Shown here: positions 1-11,900 of the stretch, piece by piece
Layout of the letters: each line of letters opens with the position of its first letter
Position numbering within the stretch: the stretch's first letter is position 1
Source of the DNA: Macrostomum lignano
Taxonomy: Eukaryota
DNA: 64,000 nucleotides
Reading direction: 5' to 3'
Assembly (NCBI GenBank): GCA_002269645.1
Contig: NIVC01001617.1
Location: 1 to 64,000, forward strand
Translations under genes and position numbers: made by a program
The notes under the pieces: model-generated
What the model saw: only the letters and a program-made list of their open reading frames with translations
Told to the model about the DNA's origin: nothing
Database searches by the model: none

Positions 1-1865
1 CTCCCTACTTCCCCTCCCTGCTCTTTCCCCCTGCTTTCCCTCCCTGCTTCCCCTCCCTGTTCCCCTCCCTGCCTTTCCCTCCCTGCTTCCCCTCCCTGCT
101 TCCCTCCCTGCTTCCCTCCCTGCTTTCCCTCCCTACTTCCCCTCCTGCTCTTTCTCCCTGCTTCCCCTTCCTGCTTCCCCTCCCTGCTTCCCTCCCTGCT
201 TCCCCTCCCTGCTCCCTCCCTACTTCCCTCCTGCTCTTCTCCTGCTTCCCCTCCCTGCTCTTTCTCCCTGCTTTCCCTCCCTGCTTTCCCTCCTGCTTCC
301 CCTCCCTGCTTCCCTCCCTGCTTCCCTCCCTACTTCCCCTCCCTGCTCTTTCTCCCTGCTTCCCCTCCCTGCTTCCCTCCCTGCTTTCCCTCCCTACTTC
401 CCCTCCCTGCTCTTTCTCCCTGCTTTCTCTCCCTGCCTTCCTCCCTGCTTCCCTCCCTGCTTCCCTCCCTGCTTTCCCTCCCTGCTTCCCTCCCTACTTC
501 CCTCTCCTGCTCTTTCTCCCTGCTTCCCCTCCCTGCTTCCCCTCCCTGCTTTCCCTCCCTTCCCTCCCTGCTTCCCTCCCTGCTTTCCCTCCCTGCTTTC
601 CCTACCTGCTTCCCCTCCCTGCTTCCCTCTGCTTTCCCTCCCTACTTCCCCTCCCTGCTCTTTCTCCCTGCTTTCCCTCCTGCTTCCCTCCCTGCTTCCC
701 TCCCTGCTTTCCCTCCCTGTTCCCCTCCCTGCTTCCCTCCCTGCTTCCCTCCCTGCTTTCCCTCCCTACTTCCCCTCCCTGCTCTTTCTCCCTGCTTTCC
801 CTCCCTGCTTTCCCTCCCTGCTTCCCTCCCTGCTTTCCCTCCCTGCTTTCCCTCCCTACTTCCCTCTCCCTGCTCTTTCTCCCTGCTTTCCCTCCCTGCT
901 TCCCCTCCCTGCTTTCCCTCCCTGCTTCCCCTCCCTGCTTCCCCTCCCTGCTTCCCTCCCTGCTTTCCCTCCCTACTTCCCCTCCCTGCTCTTTCTCCCT
1001 GCTTTCCCTCCCTGCTTTCCCTCCCTGCTTCCCCTCCCTGCTTTCCCTCCCTGCTTCCCTCCCTACTTCCCTCCCTGCTCTTTCTCCCTGCTTCCCCTCC
1101 CTGCTTCCCCTCCCTGCTTCCCTCCCTGCTTTTCCTCCCTGCTTTCCCTCCCTGCTTCCCTCCCTGCTCCTCCCTGCTTCCCCTCCCTGCTTCCCTCCCT
1201 GCTTTCCCTCCCTGCTTTCCCTCCCTGCTTTCCCTCCCTGCTTTCCCTCCTGCTTCCCTCCCTGCTTCCCTCCCTGCTTTCTCCCTGCTTCCCCTCCCTG
1301 CTTTCCCTCCCTGCTCTTCCCTCCCTGCTTTCCCTCCCTGCTTTCCCTCCCTGCTTTCCCTCCCTGCTTTCCCTCCCTGCTTTCCCTCCCTGCTTTCCCT
1401 CCCTGCTTTCCCTGCCCTCCCTGCTTTCCCTCCCTGCTTCCCTCCCTGCTTCCCCTCCCTGCTTTCCCTCCCTGCTTTCCCTCCCTGCTTCCCCTCCCTG
1501 CTTCCCCTCCCTGCTTTCCTCCCTGCTTTCCCTCCCTGCTTCCCTCCCTGCTTATCTCCCTGCTTTCCCTCCCTGCTTTCCCTCCCTGCTTTCCCTCCCT
1601 GCTTCTATCTCCCTGCTTTCCCTCCCTGCTTTCCCTCCCTGCTTTCCCTCCCTGCTTTCCCTCCCTGCTTTCCCTCCCTGCTTCCCCTCCCTGCTTTCCC
1701 TCCCTGCTTTCCCTCCCTGCTTTCCCTCCCTGCTTCCCCTCCCTGCTTCTCCCTCTCCCTGCTTTCCCTCCCTGCTTCCCCTCCCTGCTTTCCCTCCCTG
1801 CTTCCCCTCCCTGCTTCCCTCCCTGCTTCCCCTCCCTGCTGCTTCCCCTCCCTGCTTTCCCTCCC
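1..1865. repeat. Pyrimidine-rich minisatellite, ~12-13-bp unit (ctccctgctt[t]cc), runs off left edge; probably intronic to the GABA-B-like gene
   Basis: Direct reading: continuous tandem variants of ctccctgctttcc with 1-bp indels. Confidence 0.95.
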
Positions 1866-2604
1866 TACTTCTTCCTTAACCCCTCCTTAGTTCCTCTCCC
1901 TGCTAGAGCCCTGACCTGGTAGTTCCGCAGCCGCTCGCGAACTTGTAAAAACTAAAAAAGAAAATTGATGAAAATAATATCTGGGAAGAAAGTTCTCTGT
2001 CAGACTGCAGACACCGCGGGCCCATCACCCGCACCGGCTGATCGGGACACGCCGCCAACCAGCCGCCCGAGACTGGCCGCTTATCTCCGGCCGCCACACT
2101 CGAGAGGGGGAGGGAGGGGGCCTCTCCCCGCCCTCGGGGACGCTGGCGGCCAGCCGTGAGGGCAAACACGAGGACCGGGGGGAGGCAGTCGCCACTTCGG
2201 CACGGCCGCAACCGAGAATTCTTGAAGGAGTCGCCGACTGTCTCTGCGCGCCTCCTTTGCCGGCTGCAGATTTTGCAGCCAATTGACAGGTGACTACTGG
2301 ATGACGGCTTGAGAACAGGGGAGCGATATCGAGATGGGAATAGAGGGCACTCAGGACAGAGGAGAGACAGAGCAGGAGATTCCAAAGCTGCGGAATCCCG
2401 AGGGACCGGGGCGGCCGGCCTGCTCGAGCAGGGCCTGGGCGCTCTTTGATGGGCGAAGAGAGCTGAGCAAAAATCCAAATCAAAAGAAATCGCAAATCCA
2501 TTTGCACGCCACAGTGCAGAGTTTCGAAACCGTGGCTATTGGAAAAGCGTGCGAACAGATCATAAATGTGGCAGAAGTATACTCATAACCAAGAGAAAGA
2601 CCAG

Positions 2605-2865
2605 ATCTCAAGCAGAATACCCCATCTCAATCAAAAACACTCCATCTCAATCAGAAACACCCCATCTCAACCAAAAACACCCCATCTCAACCAGAAACAC
2701 CCCATCTCAACCAGAAACACCCCATCTCAATCAGAAACACCCCATCTCAACCAGAAACACCCCATCTCAACCAGAAACACCCCATCTCAATCAGAAACAC
2801 CCCATCTCAACCAGAAACACCCCATCTCAATCAGAAACACCCCATCTCAATCAGAAACACCCTAT
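2605..2865. repeat. 20-bp minisatellite (cccatctcaa[c/t]cagaaacac), ~13 copies, intronic
   Basis: Direct reading. Confidence 0.95.
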
Positions 2866-2935
2866 ATCCAGAGAACCAGTAACCCAGATCTCAGCTCCAT
2901 GGCGATCCCCATCCGCACGCAGCCGCAGGTCTCAC

Positions 2936-5900
2936 CGGTGTCCCCGGTAGCGGATGTTGACAGCCATGAGGGCCAGGGACAGCGCCAGGCCCAGGCAGGC
3001 CAGGCAGGCGAACAGCAGGAACAGCCACAGCTGCAGGGTCACGAGACGCTGCTCGATCTCTGTCCGGTCTCTGGGCGGCGATCCGCCTGCAATTTGGAAG
3101 CGAGTCGCTCAGGTTGCGGAATGCGGAGCCGCTGCCCCCCCCCTTCTCCGATCCGCTTGCCCGGCTGCGCGGATTAACAAATCCCCCCCCCCTATTGAGG
3201 CAAGTCCGGCCGCATTAGGCTTACCGACAAGGGCCGCCCGATTTGATTAGCCGCCCCCTCCAGCAGCCGCCTGCGGAAATCTTGCCGCCCGGCGGAGTCC
3301 CCAGGGGAGGCGAGCGGCTCTCAATCGCCTCCGTTTCTGTCGCGAGTGGGCGAGTCCTCCCAGACGAAACTTTGCCCCTCACCCCCGCCCGCCGCCTATC
3401 CAAAGTCCTCAAGCTGGTTGGGAGATTCGAGCTCGGCAGTCCCCGCTTGTTGCTCGGGCAGCGACCGAGACGGGCTTATGGAAATTCGTATTACTGTCTG
3501 AGCCGGTCTGCGTCTGTCCGACCCATCAGTCCTTTGCCTCTTAGCGCCTAGCCAGCCCCGGCCCCCTGTCTGGCTTCTGTCAGCGCTAACCTGGCCAAGA
3601 GATCCGGTCGCCCAGGTCGGTGTCGTTGTCGAAGTCGCGGCTCCGGCAGTCGAAGTGGGACAGCAGCCGCAGCCGGGGCAGAAACTCTGCTCGTCAGGGA
3701 GGGATGTCAGCTTAATGCCTCGGCAGGCGGAGCGATTTGCATCTCTCATTAAAACCGGACTCAGGCCGGGATCACAGCAATGTCAGCAGCGCATCCTCAC
3801 CTGGGCCGGCCGGGTCCGCAGTGAGCTGGTACAGGGCCAGGAGGCCCAGCCGGGACCCCTTGCTGAACAGCACGGGGCCCTGCGGTGGCGGAGTTTCAAA
3901 ATTTAATTGAAAAACGTCTGCCCGAGTTCTTAGAGGGCATTTTTGACAGTTCACAATATCTGACAAGAACGTGGTTGAGAAATTCAATTCCGTGAAATTT
4001 GGCGTCTTTTGAAGAACAGTGAGAGCGACAGTGACAGGGTTCAGCTGCGCGCTTGGGACTCCAAGGCAGGAGAGAGATAGTTGTGGCGCCATCCTAGGAG
4101 AGAGATAGTTGTGGCGCCATCCTAGGAGAGAGATAGTTGTGGCGCCATCCTAGGAGAGAGATAGTTGTGGCGCCATCCTAGGAGAGAGATAGTTGTGGCG
4201 CCATCCCAAGAGAGAGATAGTTGTGGCGCCATCCTAGGAGAGAGATAGTTGTGGCGCCATCCTAGGAGAGAGATAGTTGTGGCGCCATCCTAGGAGAGAG
4301 ATAGTTGTGGCGCCATCCTAGGAGAGAGATAGTTGTGGCGCCATCCTAGGAGAGAGATAGTTGTGGCGCCATCCTAGGAGAGAGATAGTTGTGGCGCCAT
4401 CGCGACTAGAAGAGAGATAGTTGTGGCGCCATCGCGACTAGAATAGAGATAGTTGTGGCGCCATGGCGCCTAGAAAAGAGGCAGCCGTGGCGCCATCGCG
4501 ACTAGAATAGAGATAGTTGTGGCGCCACGTCGCCCAGGTGACAGACAGTAGTGGGGCTGGCCTGATAGGTGTTGAGGATGACATTAGAATTTTCAACAAG
4601 AAGGCGCAGCAACTCACTGTAACGCCACTAACGTTGGTCTTCTCCAGCGCGTATTTAAAATTGAGATTTCTAAGAAACGGTCCCGGCGCCGCAGACTGAG
4701 CGGCGGCCAGGAGATTCGACGCGGCCTTCGCCACTGCAAGAACGCTGTCGAATGCGTAGGCGCTGAAAGGGTTCTGATCAGCCGCTGCCGCGGTCAGCTG
4801 GGGCAGCTGCAGCGGGGGGTTTGCAGTTGTGGGTTCGGGAATTGGGACTCGCATCCGCTTTCGCCTCTCGGAAGGCTTTGCAGTTCATGCCATTCAACCT
4901 TATCACACTTCTCTCCCCCACTTCTCTCCCCCACTTCTCTCCCTACCCACTTCTCTCCCCACCCCACTTCTCTCCCCACCCCACTTCTCTCCCCACCACA
5001 CTTCTTTCCCCCACTTCTCTCCAACCCACTTCTCTCCAACCCACTTCTCTCCCCACCCCACTTCTCTCCCCACCCCACTTCTCTCCCCCACTTCTCTCCA
5101 ACCCACTTCTCTCCCCACCCACTTCTCTCCCTACCCCACTTCTCTCCCCACCCCACTTCTCTCCCCACCCTACTTCTCTCCCTACCCCACTTCTCTCCCC
5201 ACCCCACTTCTCTCCCCACCCCTCTCTCACCAGCCGGCTGTGCTCGGAGAGGCGCACAAAGTCAATGTAGAGGCTGGAGTTGGCGGCAGTCAGCAGCTCC
5301 CGTCTGCTGCAGTTGCAGCGGCCGTCGGTGCAGCTGAAGTTGCCGCCGTCGCTACCGTCGACCCACAGGCCGGCGGAGACCCGGAAACCGGAAACGATCC
5401 AAACATGTCGGGAGCCGAACATGCCGGTGTTGAACGCCTGTGGGGGGATTCGGTGCGGCTAGAAGAAGAATCTGGGACAGGAAAGCCTGGAAGCCGCAGA
5501 ATGGGAAGGGGCCAAAACTCACGGCGCAGAACAGCGGAGCCAGCAGCCGGCCGCCAGTCATGGCCGACAGAACTCGAAAGTCGCTGGCCTGAAAGGTGAG
5601 TTTAATATCGAGTTGTGAATGCTCGTCTGAAATGAATGTCGCTTTAAGCCAAGGCAGGAAACCACTCGAAACCTTGAGCTCGGCGAGCTGGGCCAGTGCC
5701 GAGTCGAAGGAGTTGAAGCTCCTGGAGCTGACGTCGGTCATGTCGGCCCCCGCCGCCTCCAGCTGGTCGTCCATGTGGGCGCTGGCCTGCGGACAGATGA
5801 CGCGTTGGCTATGGCTGGAGTGCAAATGCAACCCATTTCATCTATAACTAGAATGGATTGCTAGTCTAGCCAACTTGGGTAGTTGATACACTCGAATTTC

Positions 5901-8900
5901 GAATTTTTTTATTTCCCGAGGGAAGAATGCGCGACCTTAAAAAAGTTCGAGTACTTCGAACAGCTTATCGTGTTCAGCAGACTGGCTGAGCCGGGTCGCC
6001 AGCTTAGCGACCCCATAAGCCTAATCCTGTTCGAGCAAGCCGGCTCACCGCAGTCAGTCCGTCCCCTCTGCCCCGGCCCGGCTGAAGGGCCAATTCAAAC
6101 ACACCGGCCCGAGAGAGGCAGGTGAGTGGAATTAGGTTGTAAAGCACTTTTGCCCCAGCCGAGTCCTCACGCTAAAGACCGCCCGGCCTCGCTACAAAAC
6201 TGAAGGAAAAAAGTTTGCATTTTAAAAGACGGAGCTTGAATCGGGCGGCTCATTTGACAGCGGGCTGGCGGCGAGGCTGGTTGGATGATGAAGCTGGCGG
6301 ACAGCCGGACATTAATGAGCTCATAATGCGGGACTGCGAGTCAGCGGCCCCGGCTCTAATAAATGAGCCTCTTCTGCTTCTGTTTGTTGCAGAAGTGGAT
6401 ACCGGCCGGCACACACAGCGGCGCGGAACCGTGATTGATGCAGTTCCCCCTGCGCAGCCTCCCAGATGCGGCTGCCCTCACGTCTCGCCCCTGCTTGCGG
6501 CTGCTCATCCCCATTTCTGAGCTTTGCCGAATTCTGCCAGGCTCATCATATTCATTAATTATTGCTCTTTCCTCCGAGTCACGCCTTATTGAGTTAATTA
6601 AATTCTGGCCTCTCGCTTCCACCTGATGTGGGAGGGTCTGTTCACCTGTGTCAGCCCGAATGCACCTGACTGCTGGATCGGCACCGGCCCGGGACCTTGG
6701 GAATTCGCTTTTTGTTGCAAATCTGCTGCTGCAATTTGGGAGAAAGATAATGAAATTTTGGCCCAGTCTAACCAGTCCACCCTGTCTACCCATCTACTCA
6801 GTCTACCCTGTCTACCCTGCCTACCTATCTACTCAGTCTACCCTGTCTACCCTGCCTACCTATCTACTCAGTCTACCCTGTCTACCCTGCCTACCTATCT
6901 ACTCAGTCTACCCTGTCTACCCTGCCTTCCTATCTACTCAGTCTACCCTGTCTACCCTGCCTACCTATCTACTCAGTCTACCCTTTCTACCCTGCCTTCC
7001 TATCTACTCAGTCTACCCTGTCTACCCTGTCTACCCATCTACTCAGTCTACCTAGTCTACCCAGTTTACTCAGTCTATCCGGTCTACCCAGTCTACCCAG
7101 TCTACCCAGTCTACCCAGACTACCCAGACATTCTAGCACTAGGCACTAAATGGCTCAATCTTTAGTGCTAAGAATCGGGAAACCTGCCATCTCGCAAATG
7201 CAATTCCCTAATTTGGGTTCTCAAATAAATTTTCACAATTGCAAAGTGCTTCGCCCTTATACTATCACTCGGGATAAGTCTCTCCATCTTTAATTTTCTC
7301 CCAATCACTCCAATTAGACAGAGCGGCGGACCTGACGGAGCCTCCGAGGCACCGTGGCCGCGAGCTGCTCGACCTTCAGACTGCTGAGTGGGGGAGAAAG
7401 AGACGAGACAGCCGAGAGACGGGCAAGTGGGAGGCCTGATTGATGAGGCGATGGCCATTAAGGCTGGCCAATCTCGCCTCCCAGAGCCGACTGGCTGCGA
7501 GTTTTCTTGTCGCGGCTTTGCCAACAGACGGAGCTGGGCTGGGCGGAATTCGCTTCTCCTCTCTGCCCAGCTTGGCGACCCGCTCTCCGGGGGACGGGGT
7601 AAAACCGGCATCGCGCGTGCGTCACGGGCGGGCGGGCGGAGTTGTTTGTTTGCGGAGTAGAATCAGAAATTCTATGGGGCGATTGGGAACCTGCTGGTTG
7701 CACCTGCCTTCATGCTGCACCTGCTGCACCTATCTATCTGTCTGCTGCATCTGCTGCTGCACCTGCTGTCTGTCTGCTGCACCTGCCTGTCTGTCTGCTG
7801 CACCTGCCTGTCTGTCTGCTGCACCTGCCTGTCTGTCTGCTGCACCTGCCTGTCTGTCTGCTGCACCTGCCTGTCTGTCTGCTGCACCTGCCTGTCTGTC
7901 TGCTGCACCTGCCTGTCTGTCTGCTGCACCTGCCTGTCTGTCTGCTGCACCTGCCTGTCTGTCTGCTGCACCTGCCTGTCTGTCTGCTGCACCTGCCTGT
8001 CTGTCTGCTGCACCTGCCTGTCTGTCTGCTGCACCTGCCTGTCTGTCTGCTGCACCTGCCTGTCTGTCTGCTGCACCTGCCTGTCTGTCTGCTGCACCTG
8101 CCTGTCTGTCTGCTGCACCTGCCTGTCTGTCTGCTGCACCTGCCTGTCTGTCTGCTGCACCTGCCTGTCTGTCTGCTGCACCTGCCTGTCTGTCTGCTGC
8201 ACCTGCTGCATCTGCTTGTCTGTCTGCTGCACCTGCTGCATCGGCCTGCCTGCTACACCTGCTGCACCTGCCTGTCTGTTTGCTGCACCTGCTGCACCTG
8301 CTGCACCTGCTTGTCTGTTTGCTGCACCTGCTGCACCTGCTGCACCTGCTGCACCTGCCTGTCTGTTTGCTGCACCTGCTGCACCTGCTGCACCTGCTGC
8401 ACCTGCCTGTCTGTTTGCTGCACCTGCTTGTCTGTTTGCTGCACCTGCTGCACCTGCTGCACCTGCTGCACCTGCCTGTCTGTTTGCTGCACCTGCTGCA
8501 CCTGCTGCACCTGCCTGTCTGTTTGCTGCACCTTGTCTACCATATCTACCTTGTCTACCATATCTACCTTGTCTACCATATCTACCTTGTCTACCATATC
8601 TACCTTGTCTACCATATCTACCTTGTCTACCATATCTACCTTGTCTACCATATCTACCTTGTCTACCATATCTACCTTGTCTACCATATCTACCTTGTCT
8701 ACCATATCTACCTTGTCTACCATATCTACCTTGTCTACCATATCTACCTTGTCTACCATATCTACCTTGTCTACCATATCTACCTTGTCTACCATATCTA
8801 CCTTGTCTACCATATCTACCTTGTCTACCATATCTACCTTGTCTACCATATCTACCTTGTCTACCATATCTACCTTGTCTACCATATCTACTCTATCAGA

Positions 8901-11900
8901 CAGAGCAAACTAAGTTGTTTAAATTCCTATTTGATCTTCCTAGCAGAATATAAAACTTCTGCCTACCAACATTTTTACGCTCAGTTGTGTTGAAACAAAT
9001 CGTAATTTATTTTACTCATAAAATTTCCATTCTGAAAACAAGTAGGTCTTGGGGAGGAGTTGCCGCTCCGTACTGTGGCTCAAGGCCTCCCTGCCGGTGC
9101 AGGGCAGCTCGACCTTCAATTGTTTGCCGGGCGGGCGCCAATTTCCGACCGCGCAGCTGAAGAGCCGAAGGTGACTCGGGGCGGCCGGGCCGGGGTCAGC
9201 AGGGAACAATGCGAGACCCGGGCTGCTCACTCCACCCCCCCTCCCGGCCCCAGGCGGCTCCCCGACTTCCCCATCTCGTTTTCTGAGCCTCAGAAGCTCA
9301 GAAAAGCTTTTCAACTCGGCCAGTCCGACAGATGGACAGATCAGGGGTCCAGCGTGTCCACCCTGCCCAAGCATCCCCATCTTTGCGTGCTCAGCTGGCT
9401 GATTTGCATAATCCATCGCGGCCCGTGAGATCCCCATGCTCAAGAGGAGGCGCCCCCCCCCTCCAGCCGAGGTCACCGGTTCTTAATGGATTCCAATGGC
9501 TGGCAATGCCTTAATGAGTTTCAGATGCCAAAAAGGTCGCGGCAGGGTTCTATCAAGGCGTTCTCTTGTGACAGAGGTCCTGGGCTCGATTCCAGGTACT
9601 CGTACTTTAAGCTTGGGGCGGCCTCTGCATGGAGTCGCAGCTCGAAATCCAGAAAGTCAGGATGTGAACCCGCCCGTTTAAATGCCCTGGGGAGACGGTG
9701 GAATGAACGGAACCAGGTTGCCTACACTCAGTGTACATCAGGCATACCTCTGGCCTACACTCAGTGTACATCAGGCATATCTCTGGCCTACACTCAGTGT
9801 ACATCAGGCATATCTCTGGCCTACACTCAGTGTACATCAGGCATATCTCTGGCCTACACTCAGTGTACATCAGGAGTAGATCAAGCATCCAGCGTACATG
9901 AGCGTATGACATACCGGTACATCAGGCACACATAAGGCAGTCAGAGCAGCAGCTCACCGCGGCCTGACTCGAGCTGGAATCGCCGCTGGCCGCTGACGCA
10001 TCCTCGTACACAGAGCAGGTCTTGGTCCAGTTGAAGAGGCGCATCAGCCGCAGACGCGGCAGGTTGAAGTCCGCGTCGCTCGGAGCCACTCGCAGCAGGT
10101 TCCGGTAGCGGGTCTCGTCCGCCAGCTCTGGCGAGGTGTCCGAGTACGACACCTGCGGAGCGTCGGGGGGGGGCGTGACTTTATGCCCAGAAGAGCATCA
10201 GAAATCAATCAATGTCAAAACGAGACACAAATAACTCCCACATTACCATGTGAAATCCCCTTCACCCCTGCCATTCCCAGCTGAACCGCTGATGCTCCAC
10301 ATCACCCACTGCTGCCATTGCATCTATGGATTGGGAAATTATTCCCGAATTTCGCCGCTTTTCGCCACTCATTTTTGCTTAAATTGAGGGCATTTCAATC
10401 ACGCCGGTGAAATCCTGGCTCGGCATTTGCCCGGCAAGAATGCACTGCACCGGCGCTCCGGAATGCTCGGCCTCCCCTTGGCTGGCTGACAGCAGGGGGG
10501 GGGGGCAAATTAAAAAACGTGCTCTCTCCGCGGAATCCCGCTGGATCATCTCGGGATTTGAATTCGCACTGGCGTCACCCCCCCCCCCTCCGCAGGGGCC
10601 GGTCAGTCAGTCACGAAACACCCTCGGCTGCGCTGCGATTGCAGAATCGGTGCCGGAGGACATTGTGAATGGAATTCTGGCCCCCTCATCCGCTGATTAC
10701 GTGCCTGACAGGCTGACAAAACAATTGCTGACTGATAGATCGCAAACAATCAAGCGCTGAGTTGCCTGAACTGTCTTCTGTCTGCCTGTCCATCCGCAAG
10801 TGCGCACCAGCCACTCGCTCTTGCAATTGCTCTGCAGGCAATCAAGCAAATTCCACTGCAAATGCCACCATGAGTGAATTTGCATTGTCTGAGCTCCCAT
10901 CGATTGACTTGGGTTGCAGAGATAAAATGTGCAATGAATTTGAGCAATTTACAGCTGACTGATGGCGCTTAAGAGCCTGCATGTGTCAGCACCGCGTTAA
11001 TTGAGTTTTCACCATTCTGAGTAGGGAAGTTGTTGGCTCACCAGGCTGATGTTCCAGAAGAAGGACATCTGCGAAACGGGTCCGGTGAGGCCGGGGCAGC
11101 CGGAGCCGAAAATTACGAATGCCGACGGCAGGTGGTGCAGCAGGTCGAACAAGTATTTGGTGGTGTTGGCGGCGTCGCACTGCGATCGGGTTCGGGGCGT
11201 GGAGGTTTGAATACAAAGCATTTATTGACCAAAGCACACCTGACCGAACACTCCGGATGTAATGAAATGCCTGTCTTTTGTATTGATCTGTCATGACGCT
11301 TGTCTCAGTACAGTTAAGTCTTGAGTCTAAGTTGACTCTAGCCCTAGCTTTAGCATAAACCCTAACTTATAGCCCTAACCTTAGCTCCAACCCTAGCCAT
11401 AACCCCAGCTCCAACCCTAGCCATAACCCCAGCTCCAACCATAGCCATAACCCCAGCTCCAACCCTAGCCATAACCCCAGCTCCAACCATAGCCTTAACC
11501 TTAGCTCCACCTTAGCATTAACCTTAGCTCCACCCCTAGCTCTAACCTTAGCTCCACCCCTAGCTCTAACCTTAGCTCCAACCATAGCCTTAATCTTAGC
11601 TCCAACCATAGCCATAACCCCAGCTCCAACCATAGCCTTAACCTTAGCTCCACCTTAGCATTAACCTTAGCTCCACCCCTAGCTCTAACCTTAGCTCCAA
11701 CCGTAGCCTTAATCTTAGCTCCAACCATAGCCCTAACCTTAGCTCCAACCATAGCCTTAACCTTAGCTCCAACCCTAGCCTAACCTTAGCTCCAACCCTA
11801 GCCCTAACCTTAGCTCCAACCCTAGCCCTAACCTTAGCTCCAGCCATAGCCTTAACCTTAGCTCCAACCCTAGCCCTAACCATAGCTCCACCCCTAGCCT

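Noticed and set aside
7440-8993. 400-500-aa ORFs over the 21/18-bp arrays
   Set aside because: Unit lengths are multiples of 3, so several frames are open at once; they lie inside a GPCR intron and give nonsense periodic peptides.
9535-9605. tRNA-like stretch (gggctcgattcc, B-box-like)
   Set aside because: Anticodon and T loops have the wrong sizes and there is no acceptor stem; at most a decayed SINE head.
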